Positions 47,361 through 58,967 of a DNA stretch of 64,000 bases are shown piece by piece. Numbering within the stretch: the stretch's first letter is position 1; each line of letters starts with the position of its first letter. Source of the stretch: Takakia lepidozioides. Lineage: Eukaryota; Plantae; Bryophyta. The DNA lies in contig CM060732.1 in NCBI GenBank assembly GCA_030704615.1, positions 65,162,001 to 65,226,000 of the forward strand, written 5' to 3'. The position numbers and the translations under genes are program-made. The notes beneath the pieces are model-generated. The model saw only the letters and a program-made list of their open reading frames with translations. It made no database searches and was not told where the DNA came from.

Positions 47361-49619
47361 TTCCTTGCCTCTATCCAAAAGTTTAAAATACAATTAGCAC
47401 AAGGGCAAGGTTAAGGGGTTGGGGATTTGACTTTTGCCCCACCAAGGGCATCTCCGTCTCCTATGAGCCCCCTTGCGAGCCCCAACGACCGTACCTGTAG
47501 GCTTGCACGCACACATTCAACTCTCATCCTATGTTTAGTGTTTTCTCCCACTAGGAGGAATTAAACCGAAGGTTGCAGAAAAGGTTCTTAGTTCTACGAC
47601 TCCGAAGGTATATTCGAGTTGGGAACCAAAATATACCTATATGGATCAATATATTAATATATGTGGTTATATATGGTGATATATATGATATTCATGATTT
47701 TTGTTGTGGAGAACTTAGCAAGCTAGTAGGCCGGCAATACTTCATAAACGTTTTTTTTAATAAAAAAATGGCTTTGCAAATATGTTTGTGGTGCTTACAA
47801 AGACCCGTGCTAAAATAATTCATTTGAGGATACATTGGATTTTGTAATATGTATTCTAGTTACTAGAATCAATTTTCCGACCATTAGAATAATTGCCAGA
47901 TAATGTTGGTGGGGAGGAAGCCACCTAGACTTGGATTTTTGCACTCTATCTACATCCAAGCCCAATCTTTTGTCACTGCTTATGTGAAAAATAGTCGCTT
48001 GGGGAAGCTTAGAAGATATTATGCTTCTCACAACAAGAGTAGTAAGTGCAAGATGATGAAGTGGCTCTTACGCTGATTTCAGCCGGAGTCTTCTCTTCTG
48101 AGCCCAAGCTAATCATTCACAACTTGTGTGTCTTGTGGAATTGGCTTCGTTGTAAGTGATCAGCAAATTGTGCCTTTGCAGTTAATGGTTTTTTGTCGTT
48201 TTCCATGGGGAGGCAATTGTCCTTTAGGGTCAAAAGACCATAAATTACGTTTGCTTCAACAAAAGTACACAATATTATTATTATTATTATTATTATTGTC
48301 CAACTTCCATGGGCTGTTTATATTTGTAATGTTCCAAGGTTTCGGATAGGGTTATGAGAAAACGATGTATTAGTTCCGTAGGAGCTCCTTGGTGGAATTA
48401 CAATCAGCTAGTTTGTTGTGACTTTACATTATCAAGAATTATATGTTTTTTTAATATGTCTATTTCTATAGACACTGCCAAACCATTTCATGGACCTGAA
48501 TCATCAATGGTGTCTTTGGCCATCTACATACATTTGAGTCATTGTCTGAGCATGGTGCAAATGTCTAACTGAGTGGGCCATCTAATAACATAAGATAGTA
48601 TGCCAACAGAGAATAGAACATCATTGAGAGGTTTGATACTTCCAATCTTAATATATTTGTTATTGTAATTGTCTAGAAATGAGAATGTTTCTCTATGACC
48701 TTCTCCTTTGTTATTGTCAATTCACAAATCTGGGCACATCCTCGTTTCATGTTAGTCCAACTTTTCAAATGCTTTGCCATAGTTCTGTAAATTTGATAGG
48801 GGAGCAAGATTTTTATAAAATTTACGGAAGTTGAACAATATGTAAGAACCTAAGATTGAGCGTTGATCGGGAAGACCCCTGTATATAAAATTTAATATAA
48901 CACCCCTTGAAATTTGTTTTGAAGTACATTTATACATGAGTATGTTGTTGACACCAAAATGATGTCTTTGACATTTGGATTTCATATCAATGAGAGGAAG
49001 TGCTTGGACAAAACACTCTAGATTGGCTAAACCTCATTTCAACCTAGTTTTGGATCAAGACCTCCCCATAGTTGTTATGTGTATTTGATGTTATAATGTC
49101 TTATGGAAAAAACAAACCAAAACAAGAATATTTAGAAACAAGATCCGGTTCCCATTCAAATATCATGCAAATAACATATACATCTGTTTGCTTGATGACC
49201 CATAGAGATATGACGACATTATGAATAATCAATGGTGCCCACAAAGAAAATGATGACAAACTAATTGACATCCAACCTAACATTTAAGAACTAATCCCCA
49301 TCAACGTACAATGTACATTTCTAAGAGGTACACAATGGAGGATGTAATCGTACATTAAAGTGCACTTGGGTATGTTTGTGTCCAAGTAGTCCTTGTCATA
49401 CCAAATTTTATAAAACCAGATCAGTAAAAAGAGCAAAGTTTTGAGGGCTCATATGTTGTTGACACCCAATGACCCTGCAAGAAGTTGGCTTATTTGCTAA
49501 ACATCCTGACGATATTGGAAAAGCTCTGTGGCGCTGATACCGATCCAACCAAAAATCTCACATTCACAATCATATCAAACAGATGCCACAATGTTTTTTT
49601 GGCGGACAATGCAAACAAG

Positions 49620-49690
49620 CTATATATATATATACATACAATATATATATATACATACAATATATATATATACATACAATATATATAATA
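49620..49690. repeat. (AT)n-based minisatellite (ATATATATACATACA)n
   Basis: Direct reading. Confidence 0.9.
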
Positions 49691-51789
49691 TGGATAAGAT
49701 GTCGACCAAGAAATAAATGACTTATTTATAATAACCAATATGCCTTGAAAGTAGAGGTTGTGGACAACCAAAAAGTCATTGGCCAAGGTGTTTTAGATAT
49801 GTTTAATTAATGCACTTTGGGTGATAACATGAAGCTACTATAAGTTTTAACTTAATAATTATAAAGAACATCCAACAGTATAGAGATTTCTACCTTCAAA
49901 TTTGTTTTTATATGGATTCACATAGTTTCTTAAGTGTCAAGTTATTTTACCACTAGTGTGAAACTAGCTAGGAAATAGCTAGCTTTTACATATTGACATT
50001 GGGATTGGCCCAAGTGTCAATCCAGGGGTCAAGGCAGATTTAGGCCCTAGAGTGGTTATCTTCACGGCAAGCGCGGGAGGCTCATCTTTCTCGAGTTGAG
50101 CCTCACCGCGCCTAGCTATGGCGCCGTAGTGTGGATTCCCCATGGCATGGGGTGCACTTGGCTTGACTTGTATTTGAGTGATGAGTTTATATATGCATGA
50201 GTTTATGTTTCAGCTTTGTGAGCTCGCATGAGCTTGTGCTTGTATTCCTCTACTTTATCACTCGAGAAAGATGAGCTCGTATCTGTGAGTGCCAAATACG
50301 AGTTAGTTGTAGCACTTGTGGTTTTTGCTTGAGAATGAGAGAAACCAGGTTGTTATGCAAGGAGCACCGTGGAGCTCTTGGTTGTTAGAAGCGGAGGCGA
50401 TGTGGGTTACGAGGTGGTAGACCTTGGCATTCGATCTTCAGCTTCAGAGATGAAAGCACCATACTGCAGGTAATTCCAGAGCACCTTGATGGTTTCAGAT
50501 TGTGTACATGCATGAGCAAGCACGATTGAGAAGAGGACTAGTCAAGAGCAGGTTATAGTGGCTTTGGTGGCAAAGCTGATAACTGGACTTGGGAATGCGA
50601 GCTTTCATTGTGTGAAGGATTGCAAGACCAAGCGAAAGGGCTGATTTGGCTTGGGGCAAATCAGTGCACTTTGTGGAGTATGTTGAGAGTGGGTTTCAAT
50701 CTCGAGCTTCAGCATTGGAGGGCTCTTGTCATGGCAAGAGCAGGGCTGGAACAGGAGCTAAGAGGTGCGGCAAGACAATGGAATGTGCACCTAGGGTTTC
50801 AGAGCTTGGAAGAAGAACTCTTGCACCACAAGAGGAGTGTCTTGTGGCTGGAAATGTAAGCCTTAGGGTTTCAGGAGCTTGGCAAAGGCTGTGGAGTGCT
50901 TAGTCTTGTCTTAGAGAGCATCAAGGAGCCAAGGAGCCAAGATAGGGGGCTGATACCTCTTGTGTGAAGAGGTTGCATGTGTGGAGCATGTATTCAGCTC
51001 ATTGAAGCTTCCATCTTCAAGCTTGGAGGGCAAGCAAATAAGAGGTAAGGGCTGACTTCCTTTATGTGAGGGCAATGCATGTGTGGAGCATGCTTTCGGC
51101 CTGTTGAAGGCTTGTACTTTCAAGTTTGGGAGTGCAAGAAAGGAAGGAAGGGGCTGGTTTTCCTTGTAGGGCATGTGTGGAGCATGCTTCCAGCCCGCTG
51201 AAGCTTGTATTTTCAGGTTGGTGGGTGCAAGAAAGGAAGCAAAGGGGCTGATTCTCTGTGGTGAGAGTGGGGCAAGTGTGGAGCATGCCTTCAGTCCATT
51301 GGGCTTCTGTTTTCAAGCTTTGAGAACTAGAAGAGAAGGTAAGGGGCTGATCTGCTCTTATGTGACAGTCCGACACTTGTAGAGCGTGTTCTTAGTTGGG
51401 GTTTCAACCTCAAGCCTAGATAGAGCATGGCTCTTGAAGTGGCAGATGTAGGGGGCTGGAATAGGCTCTAAAACAAATGTTATGGCCAAGGAAAACGCTT
51501 GAATGAGTGCTCACAAGGACTGGAAACCAGTAAGGCTTGGTTGTTTGCCATTGAGTTTAGTGGTGTGTTTGGGGAGTCTAAGTGAGAAAGAATGCTTGGT
51601 TTGTGGCAACCATCTTCCTCATGGCTTAGGGCTACTATTGGTGTGTGTGGAGCCGAAAGAGCAAGAATACCTTGCTGATTTCTTCACAGCCGCCATAGCT
51701 CGGTGCAAAGAAGCCTAGAGTCCAAGAGACACAAACCCTAGCTTGGCATGGCTAAACCCCTTGGAGAAATGGCTAAACTTGCATGAGTG

Positions 51790-52460
51790 GCCATGGATGG
51801 GGCTGTGACGGGCTTTGACGGGTTGTGACAAGCTGTGGCAGGCTGGGATAGGCTGTGCCCTGTGGCCTGTAGGGCTGTGAGGGGCTGTGACAGGCTGTGA
51901 CAGGTTGTGCCCTATGGCCTGTGGGGCTGTGATGGGCTGTGTCAGGCTATGCCCTCTGGCCTGTGGGGCTGTGATGGGCTGTGACGGGCTGTGCCCTGTG
52001 CCTTGTGACCCCTATGACCTGTGACAGGCTGTGGCTGTGACCCTTGTGACTTGTGTAGGGCTGTGACAGGCTGTGCCCTGTGGCCTGTGGGGCTGTGACG
52101 GGCTGTAACAGGCTATCACAGGCTGTGGCCTTTGGGGGGGCTGTGACCTCTGACCTATGTAGGGCTGTGACGGGCTGTGACAGGTGGCCTTTGGGCTGTG
52201 ACCCCTGTGACCTGTGTAGGGCTGTGACAGGCTGTGCTGTGGCCTGGGCTGTGACGGGCTATGACAGGTTGTGGCCTTTGGGGTTGTGACCCCTCTGACC
52301 TGTGTAGGGCTGTGAGGGGCTGTGATAGGCTGTGCCCTATGGGCTGTAGGGCTGTGACAGGCTGTGGCCTTTGGGGCTGTGACCCCTGTGACCTGTTGTG
52401 GGCTGTGAGGGGCTATGACAGGCTGTGACCTGTGGCTTTTGGGGCTGTGACGGCTGTGAC
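51790..52460. repeat. GGCTGTGA-type degenerate tandem array in the element leader
   Basis: Direct reading; reverse complement of the 1480-1860 array. Confidence 0.9.
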
Positions 52461-53221
52461 CAGTGATGTATGTGTGGGCCTGTGTTGGTCTGTGGTGGCC
52501 CGTGTTGATCTGTGGACGGCCTGTGCTGACTCGTGGAGGCACTGGTGGACTGCCTAAGGACTGGCATGTCTTGAAGGCCGAATTTTTGAAGCTCGTGGAG
52601 GGCGGTTTGAGGAGTATTTTCATGATATTTCCCATGGTCATGCAAGTGAGGGAAGAGAGAGAGAAAAGAGTGTTGGGATGAGGGCATGTTGGGGTTAGGC
52701 ATTGCTTTAGCTTCTCTTCCTCGTAGTTTTCCACCCTCTCATTAGGCCAAGACCTTTCCGTAGGTGGAGGCAAGAGTCAGTCCGGGTTTGGGCTGGGGTA
52801 TCCTTGCAGGAGCAACACCATGGAGTTGTTTTGGTATGGGGGAGTTGTCGTTCTGATTTCTTGTGTTTGGATCCCCTCCATACCTGCATGCTTGACTGTG
52901 CGCCATGTTAGTTTGTTGTGGGGCGCTTGTTTTATAGGTGATTGGTCGGATTTAATCACCGGCCAGTCCTAGAGCATGGTCGATGATGAGGCTGGGGTGA
53001 TGACCAGTCAGACCATCATTGTTTCTCCTGTGGTGAGGTTGGAGGTGATGACCAGCCAACCATAGGAGTGCTTGCGGTGGATGCAGGTGCAGGTGTAGGC
53101 TGTGTTAGGAACCTAGTATTCCAAACCATAAGCCACAACAGGTTCTCTACCCAGTTACATTGTGGAGAGGGGGTTAGGGACATGTTCATGACCGGTTGAG
53201 TGACAGTTTGTCAACACGGAG

Positions 53222-55358
53222 GTGCCACTAGTTGTTGGGGACAGTGCCGGTTCGAGCACTAGCAATACTAGTGGGTACACGAGACGAGGTGTGCGGTTTA
53301 GGCCACCTTCACCTCTTGTGTCTTCTACGGAAGGTTCTGATTCGGATTGTGAATCAGGAGGACTCACACGGCGGTGCAAAGTTGTTTCCTTGCCATTGTT
53401 GTGGGACACAATGGAGGAGATCTATGGAGCTACCAAGGGGCCACGAAGGTACTCTGGGGCAGTGGGCACCATCGAGTTGGATGATTTTATCCAAGAGTTT
53501 GATAGTTGGTGTGATTTGCAGCAAATGCGCAATCCACAACTATTTACGCCTTTCATGGCATGGAGGGGGCTGTTTCAGCACCTTGAGGGCCGCCTATGGA
53601 TGATTACCATGAGTTCAGGCGGGGGCATGAGGTTGAGATCGAGGAGTGGAGGATGTACTGGTCACCCGACTATGTCTCCATCACTAGGGGCACTAGAGCC
53701 ACGAGGGCAGTGGCTACACCAGCGCTGCACCGGCAGCTTCAGCAAGCAGCAGTGGGACTAGTGGGACTGGTGATACCGTAGTTATGACGTCCACCCAAGC
53801 TACTGATGCACCAGCACCAGTGGCGATGCCTGCCTTCAACCCTGTTGTGGAGTTCTTCGAAGAGTTAAAAGAGAACTACCAAGGGGTGAGGACAAAGAAG
53901 TTGCAGAGCTTGCAAGAGTTCCAACGGAAGCCGATTGAGAGCTTGAGGGAGGCTTTCACTCGCATGAGGCGCTTGATAAATGTAACCCAAGGGGTTATGG
54001 AAGCTCAGGCAGTCCAATTCTGGTATGGGATATTGGACAAGGAGCTGAGGAGAAGGGTGCGGGATGCAACTCTCCTACAAGCGGGCCCAACCACCTTAGC
54101 AAATGTGTTTTTGCTGGCAGAGCGGATAGAGCTCAACATGGTGGAGGAACAAATGGTCATGGTGGGATTTGCTAAGGAGACACCACGGGGTAGTGGTGCT
54201 CCTAGCCAACCACTACCTCAACATGCTCAAAGCAACAAGGGGGCTCAGGTGAAGCTCAGGGAAGGGCAGAGAGAGGACCTCAGATGCAAGGGTCTCCCTT
54301 CATTTGCAGGCCAACAACGGGCGGATGTGGTGTGTTGGACATGTGGAGGACCCCACGTCAAGAAGGATTGTCCAGAGGGAGGCAAAGGGCCAGCACATGC
54401 ACAGCCTGCACAGTTGAAGTGTGGGCATTGTGGCAAGCACGGGCATGGAGAGGCCCAGTGTTATGGTTTGCATCCTGAGTTGTGCCCAAGCCAGTTCCAA
54501 GGGAACAATGGTGGCCGAGGGCGAGGTGGAGCAGCCCAAAGAGGACGAGGTGGCCAGGCACGGGGTGTAGGCCAAGGGAAAGCTCAACATGGCCAAGGAC
54601 GTAGAGGTCAGGGTGTTGACCAAGGCATGGGCAACCGGCTTCAGCAGCTAAAGCAGAGGCTCGCTGCCATGGCTACAGCTCAGGTGGTACCGGCTCCAAG
54701 GCCGGATGGTCCACCTCCTGCTCCTGAGGGAGAAGATATGGGAGGCATGGGATTCATGTGCGGAGCAGCACTACCACTAGTGCAGGTGGAATCTGCTACA
54801 GCCATGACTCGAGGAGCAGCACGAGTTTCTGAGCCACAAGGTGTAGAGGTGGAGTTGGATCCACAGCGTGGGGAGACAAGCCATCAGGCTAGGCTCCCTC
54901 AGTCATTCACATTGGCGGAGACGGTGTCGACGCCATCCATGACACCTAGTTCTCGCCCAACTGTTACCGAGGCGGAGGTTACTACGCGATTGGGGAGAGC
55001 TACACGGGTAGCACCACTACCTAGTGTTGCCAAGGCTACGGCAGCTAGTGTGCTGCTGGGAGCGGCCATATCTGTGTGTCAGGCTCCATTGTTCTTGGCT
55101 ACCATGATTGCGACGCCGGGGGTAAGACCAGCTAAGGTGTTCAGGCTGGCAGCTACACTCTATGAGAGTGGGGAGGTTACTTCATCTTCTGTGGAGATAA
55201 TGGGAGGTGTAGTATCGGAGGGATCCTCGGATTTGAGGGTCAAGACTGCCACGGCGGCGCCATGGCAAGCTGCAGCTACCAGGTTGATGGAGCTGCCAGC
55301 TAGGCCAGCCATTGAGCGCGCCATGGTGACACATGGAGTTGTCATGTTAGACAACTAG
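53222..55358 (+). pseudogene. gag: Gag with two zinc knuckles and an RGG-rich tract (frameshifted N-terminus)
   Basis: FQRKPIESLREAFTRM (retrotransposon gag core); CWTCGGPHVKKDC; CGHCGKHGHGEAQC; GGRGRGG repeats. Confidence 0.85.
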
Positions 55359-55373
55359 GATGGTATTTTCTGT

Positions 55374-55790
55374 TTGAGTGGACCGGCAAGCAAGAGGTAC
55401 CGGCCACTGCGGGTCTTGTTGGACTCGGGAGCTCAGCCATTGATGCTGGGCAGAGCTGCAATTGCAGGCTTGGGCCTCACGGAGGTGGATATGGAGCCTT
55501 GTCCTTTCCAGATACAGACGTCTCTAGGAGGATCGGAGCAGGCTCGGGGCATGACACGGCGTGAGTTGGCTATCAGACTACAGCCAGATCACCCTACAGA
55601 TGGCTCAGTGATGCAAACCAAGGCCATTGTGACAGATGTGGTCTCATACGATGTCTTGGTTGGTGGAGCAGTGTTGTACCCCATGGGCTTCACCCTGGAT
55701 TTTTGGGAGGAGTCAGCTTCCTATAGGCCTGGATGGCAGTCAGGGGAGGGTCGGCGTGTGCAGCTCCCTGTGACGTTCATAGGAGGAGTT
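55374..55790 (+). pseudogene. Retropepsin-type aspartic protease
   Basis: VLLDSGAQ catalytic motif and YDVLVG(G) motif, in frame with Gag across a single TAG. Confidence 0.85.
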
Positions 55791-56127
55791 GCGGTTGCCC
55801 AGCGAGGCAAGATACTGACACTAACAGCATTCACAGCGGCGGTGAGTTGGCCTGGAAAGTTGCTTGAGGGCAACGCTCATTCAGAGGATGTGCCACCTCC
55901 GGGAGAGCAGGATGACATGTATGGTATGGCGGAGTTGCCTACCATGGTTGCTCAGACTCCATTGTGGGGCACGAGCAAGGATTTGCAGCGGGATGCTGAT
56001 CGACGGGTGCAACAAGCCTGGGTAGAGGCTTTTGTACCGTCAGGAGAGGAGAAGAGTGCGGGGATTGCACCAGGACCACCTTTGTTGTCTCTATTGGACA
56101 CCACACCTATTGTGTGGCAGTATCCGG

Positions 56128-57090
56128 ATTTGTCTTCTGGACTTGTTTGGCGGGATCAGCACCGGATTGGCTGCTGTGTTACAGGCAGGTGTACGAGTTC
56201 GGCGTTACCTATATGTGGAGAGGGATGAGACTGCACGACGTGTTTCACTTTGCCATGTTGCTCAGTTGGTGCAGCGACACCCTGAGTTGTTGCCGGTGTC
56301 TGCAGTTCGTGGATATCAGCAGGCCTTGTCAGTAGACATTTCGTTGTTGGGGGCGCAGGATTTGGAGCGGGTTGGCTCCATTGATTTGGTAGGGGTAGGT
56401 TGGCCCTGCCAAGGGCATTCATCAGCCGGGCATGGCAATGGATTGTGAGACTCGAGGTCGGGTCTATTTTGAGAGATGGTGCGGATTTTGCGCCACTTGC
56501 AGCTTCATCAAGCTATATCTCCCGCATACATCTTGGAGAATGTGCCACTGATGGGCGATTCTCAGGCTAGGGTGATGGCCAGTGTGCATCAAGTCCGGTC
56601 ATGGCTTGGGTCAGCAGTGTTGCTAGATGCAGCTACAGTGGGGTCACGGGCTCATCGTCCACGGCTATGGTGGACTAACTTGATGCCACCCGCACTGCTC
56701 AAGCGTGCATTTGATGGGGTGCAGCGGCCAGCACATCTCACAGTGGATAGCATTCTGGACACAGGGAGGCAGTCTCAGCGTGTGAGACACGATGACCGTT
56801 CGCCTTTAGCAGTGGTCAACAAGGTGGGTCAACCACGAGCAGCATTACCTACACTGCTCAGCTTCCCAGGATCGCATGTTTTCCGGGATAGTGGACCTGG
56901 CCTCATGTGGGATGCTCAGTTGCAACAGTTAGTGGAGCCTAATGCTGACGAGCGTGAGCGGGCAATGGGTTTTACCACTGGTACCACGGCGGTGTCATCT
57001 CTTTCTGAGGCATCACGTCGTCAGGTGTTGGGACAAGCAATGGATCTCAATTGCTTAACTTGGATTATCAGCTTGGCTATGGCTGAGCAA
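56128..57090 (+). pseudogene. C5 cytosine DNA methyltransferase domain (DNMT3-like) within the retroelement polyprotein; two in-frame stops
   Basis: Motif I LLDLFGGI, II YVERD, III DI, IV GWPCQG, V D.RSGLF, VI ILENV, VIII AHRPRLWWTN, IX ERERAMGF, X RRQVLGQAM, in canonical order across ORFs 56032-56448 and 56476-57339 (same frame). Confidence 0.9.
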
Positions 57091-57419
57091 CGCAGAGTGC
57101 GGAGTACACTTCCCTCGATGGTCTCTCTGCCTACCGAGACGGTACAGGCAGTGAGTGGGGGCGAGCATGTGAGGACCACGGGGTGTAGGCATCCATGGCA
57201 CACGTGGGAGGTGCTCGAGGTTCAGAGGGAGTTGGCAGGTGGCGGTGTGATGGATGAGGCTGGGGATTTTTCTCAGGTTGAGGAAGTCCTCGAGGATGAT
57301 GAGATGATGGGGCAAGGCAAGATGAGGCCTTGTCATTGACTGAGCGGGTAGGGAGTACTGCTCAAGAGGTTGCAACATAGCAACCACTGGATGTGTCCTC
57401 TACCTCTAAGCCCATTGGA

Positions 57420-57672
57420 CTTAAGGTTGTAGTTACGGAAGACAATTGGGAGCCTGACATTGGACCCATTGTCACCGAAGGAGAGAGACGACATACACGG
57501 CGGTTCCTGAGGGCTTACAAGAATTGTTTTTCCTTCAGTTTGAAGGACTTGGGAGCACTGAAGGGTCAAGAGATCCATATTGAGTTGGCCACTGACACGC
57601 CAATCTTTCGGAGACCCTATAGATACAGTGACATGGAGAGGTCTTTGATTCAGATGAGGACTCAAGATCTCT
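57420..57672 (+). pseudogene. Pre-RT/N-terminal RT stub; remainder of RT and RNase H missing
   Basis: FSFSLKDLG..IHIELATDTPIFRRPYRYSDMERSLI is the typical Gypsy RT lead-in. No YxDD or RNase H motif occurs before the integrase. Confidence 0.75.
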
Positions 57673-57700
57673 GGGAGGTCAGGTTGGACCTACAACAGGG

Positions 57701-58967
57701 ATGACTGTAGACGGAGTGTCTGAGGACCCTGAGGCTAGTGATGAGCCAGGTGGTACTAGAGATATACATGAGGATTCGGCTGTGTTGGACTACCTCCGTA
57801 CTGGAGACATGGCAGCCACTGTGACTGCCAAGGAGAGGGATCGGATCCTGCAACGAGCCAAGAGGTTCAAGTGGGAGGGGATACACCTGCTCCGAGTATG
57901 GGAGGATGGTCGGGTGAGGATTGTGCCTCACCCCACACAGCGTGCACGGTTAGTGCGGCATGCCCATGAGGAGTTGGGGCATTTTGGAGTGCGACACACT
58001 CACAGTTTACTGCAGGGGCAGTATTGGTGGCGTGGTATGCATACAGAGGTGCAACAGTTCGTGGCTAGATGCATGGTGTGTAATAGGGTGCGTGCTCATT
58101 CAACGCCCCTACACGATAGTTGCATCCTTTATTAATCATGGGATTGGGCTACAAGTGGAGTCTTGACTTCGCAGGACCATTGTCACTGACTATGCGCCTC
58201 CACAGATATGTGTTGGTGATGGTGGAGCACTTCTCCAAGTGGATTGAGTTGGTTCCATTGCCTGACAAGGCTAGTGAGGGGCTGCGTATGCATTCTTGGA
58301 TCGTGTGCTTAGCCGATTCGGTGCTCCAGCTGAGGTACTCATGGACCAAGGGAGACAGTTCTTGGGGGAGTTTCAGGCTTTGTGTGATAAAGCCTTGATA
58401 GACCACCGCACCACTTCTCGGGATCATCCTAAGGCCGATGGCTTGGCAGAGAGAGTTGTTCAGACGGTGAAGAGGGGTTTGCGCAAGTATGGCTTGCAGA
58501 AGGGACACCTAGGAGATTGGGATCTTCAGGTTCCTTAGTTAGCCATGGGCTACAGGTTCAGCAAACAAGCATCACTTGCCTCCTTCTCACCATATTTCCT
58601 TCTCTTTGGCCAAGAGCCGGATTTGCCTACAGCCATTCGTAGGGACACTGCTCAAGTCCTTAACCTTGACGATCCGGACGTGTGGGTATGTGCATGTGAT
58701 CAGCGCACAGAGTTGTTCAAGAAAGTCATGCCCATGGCTTTTGAGAACCTTGCCATTGCACAGCACCGTGATACGTTGAGGTATGCCACTATACGTGGTG
58801 GAGGATATCGTCTTGGGGTTCGAAGGTTTAGCCCTGGTGACTATGTTTATTTGCAGCAGACTACTCCTACGACTCTGGATGTTACTGCAGGGCATGTTAT
58901 TCTGAGGGTTTGAGAGGTGTTGCCCTCAAGGGTCCTGATCTTGGAGGGTCGGGATGGCATGACTTGG
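57701..58967 (+). pseudogene. Integrase (H2C2 zinc-binding + rve core), frameshifted
   Basis: HAHEELGHFG..YWWRGM..CMVC; WSLDFAGP; EHFSKW; DQGRQF; HPKADGLAERVVQTVKRGL; FSPYFLLFG; FSPGDYVYL. Confidence 0.9.

Larger units (their letters stand above)
49935..58967 (+). mobile_element. Ty3/Gypsy-type retroelement, domain order Gag-PR-DNMT-[RT/RNaseH deleted]-INT, 3'-truncated
   Basis: TG-starting terminus shared with the copy at 3721, ~3.2 kb non-coding leader, then the domains listed below. No downstream repeat of the 5' terminus was seen. Confidence 0.88.

Noticed and set aside
42979-47420. TTAACCCTTAA...TTAAGGGGTT as termini enclosing the pogo relic
   Set aside because: The match is too short and imperfect, and the TSD is not consistent.
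53201-53205. TGACA as the 3' end of a 3.27-kb LTR
   Set aside because: It is absent from the left copy, is not followed by a PBS, and may lie within the gag start. It cannot be verified without a 3' LTR.
56032-57339. DNMT as a host DRM/CMT/MET1 gene
   Set aside because: It is intronless, has no UBA/BAH/chromo domains, uses the non-permuted motif order (unlike DRM), and is embedded colinearly in Pol.
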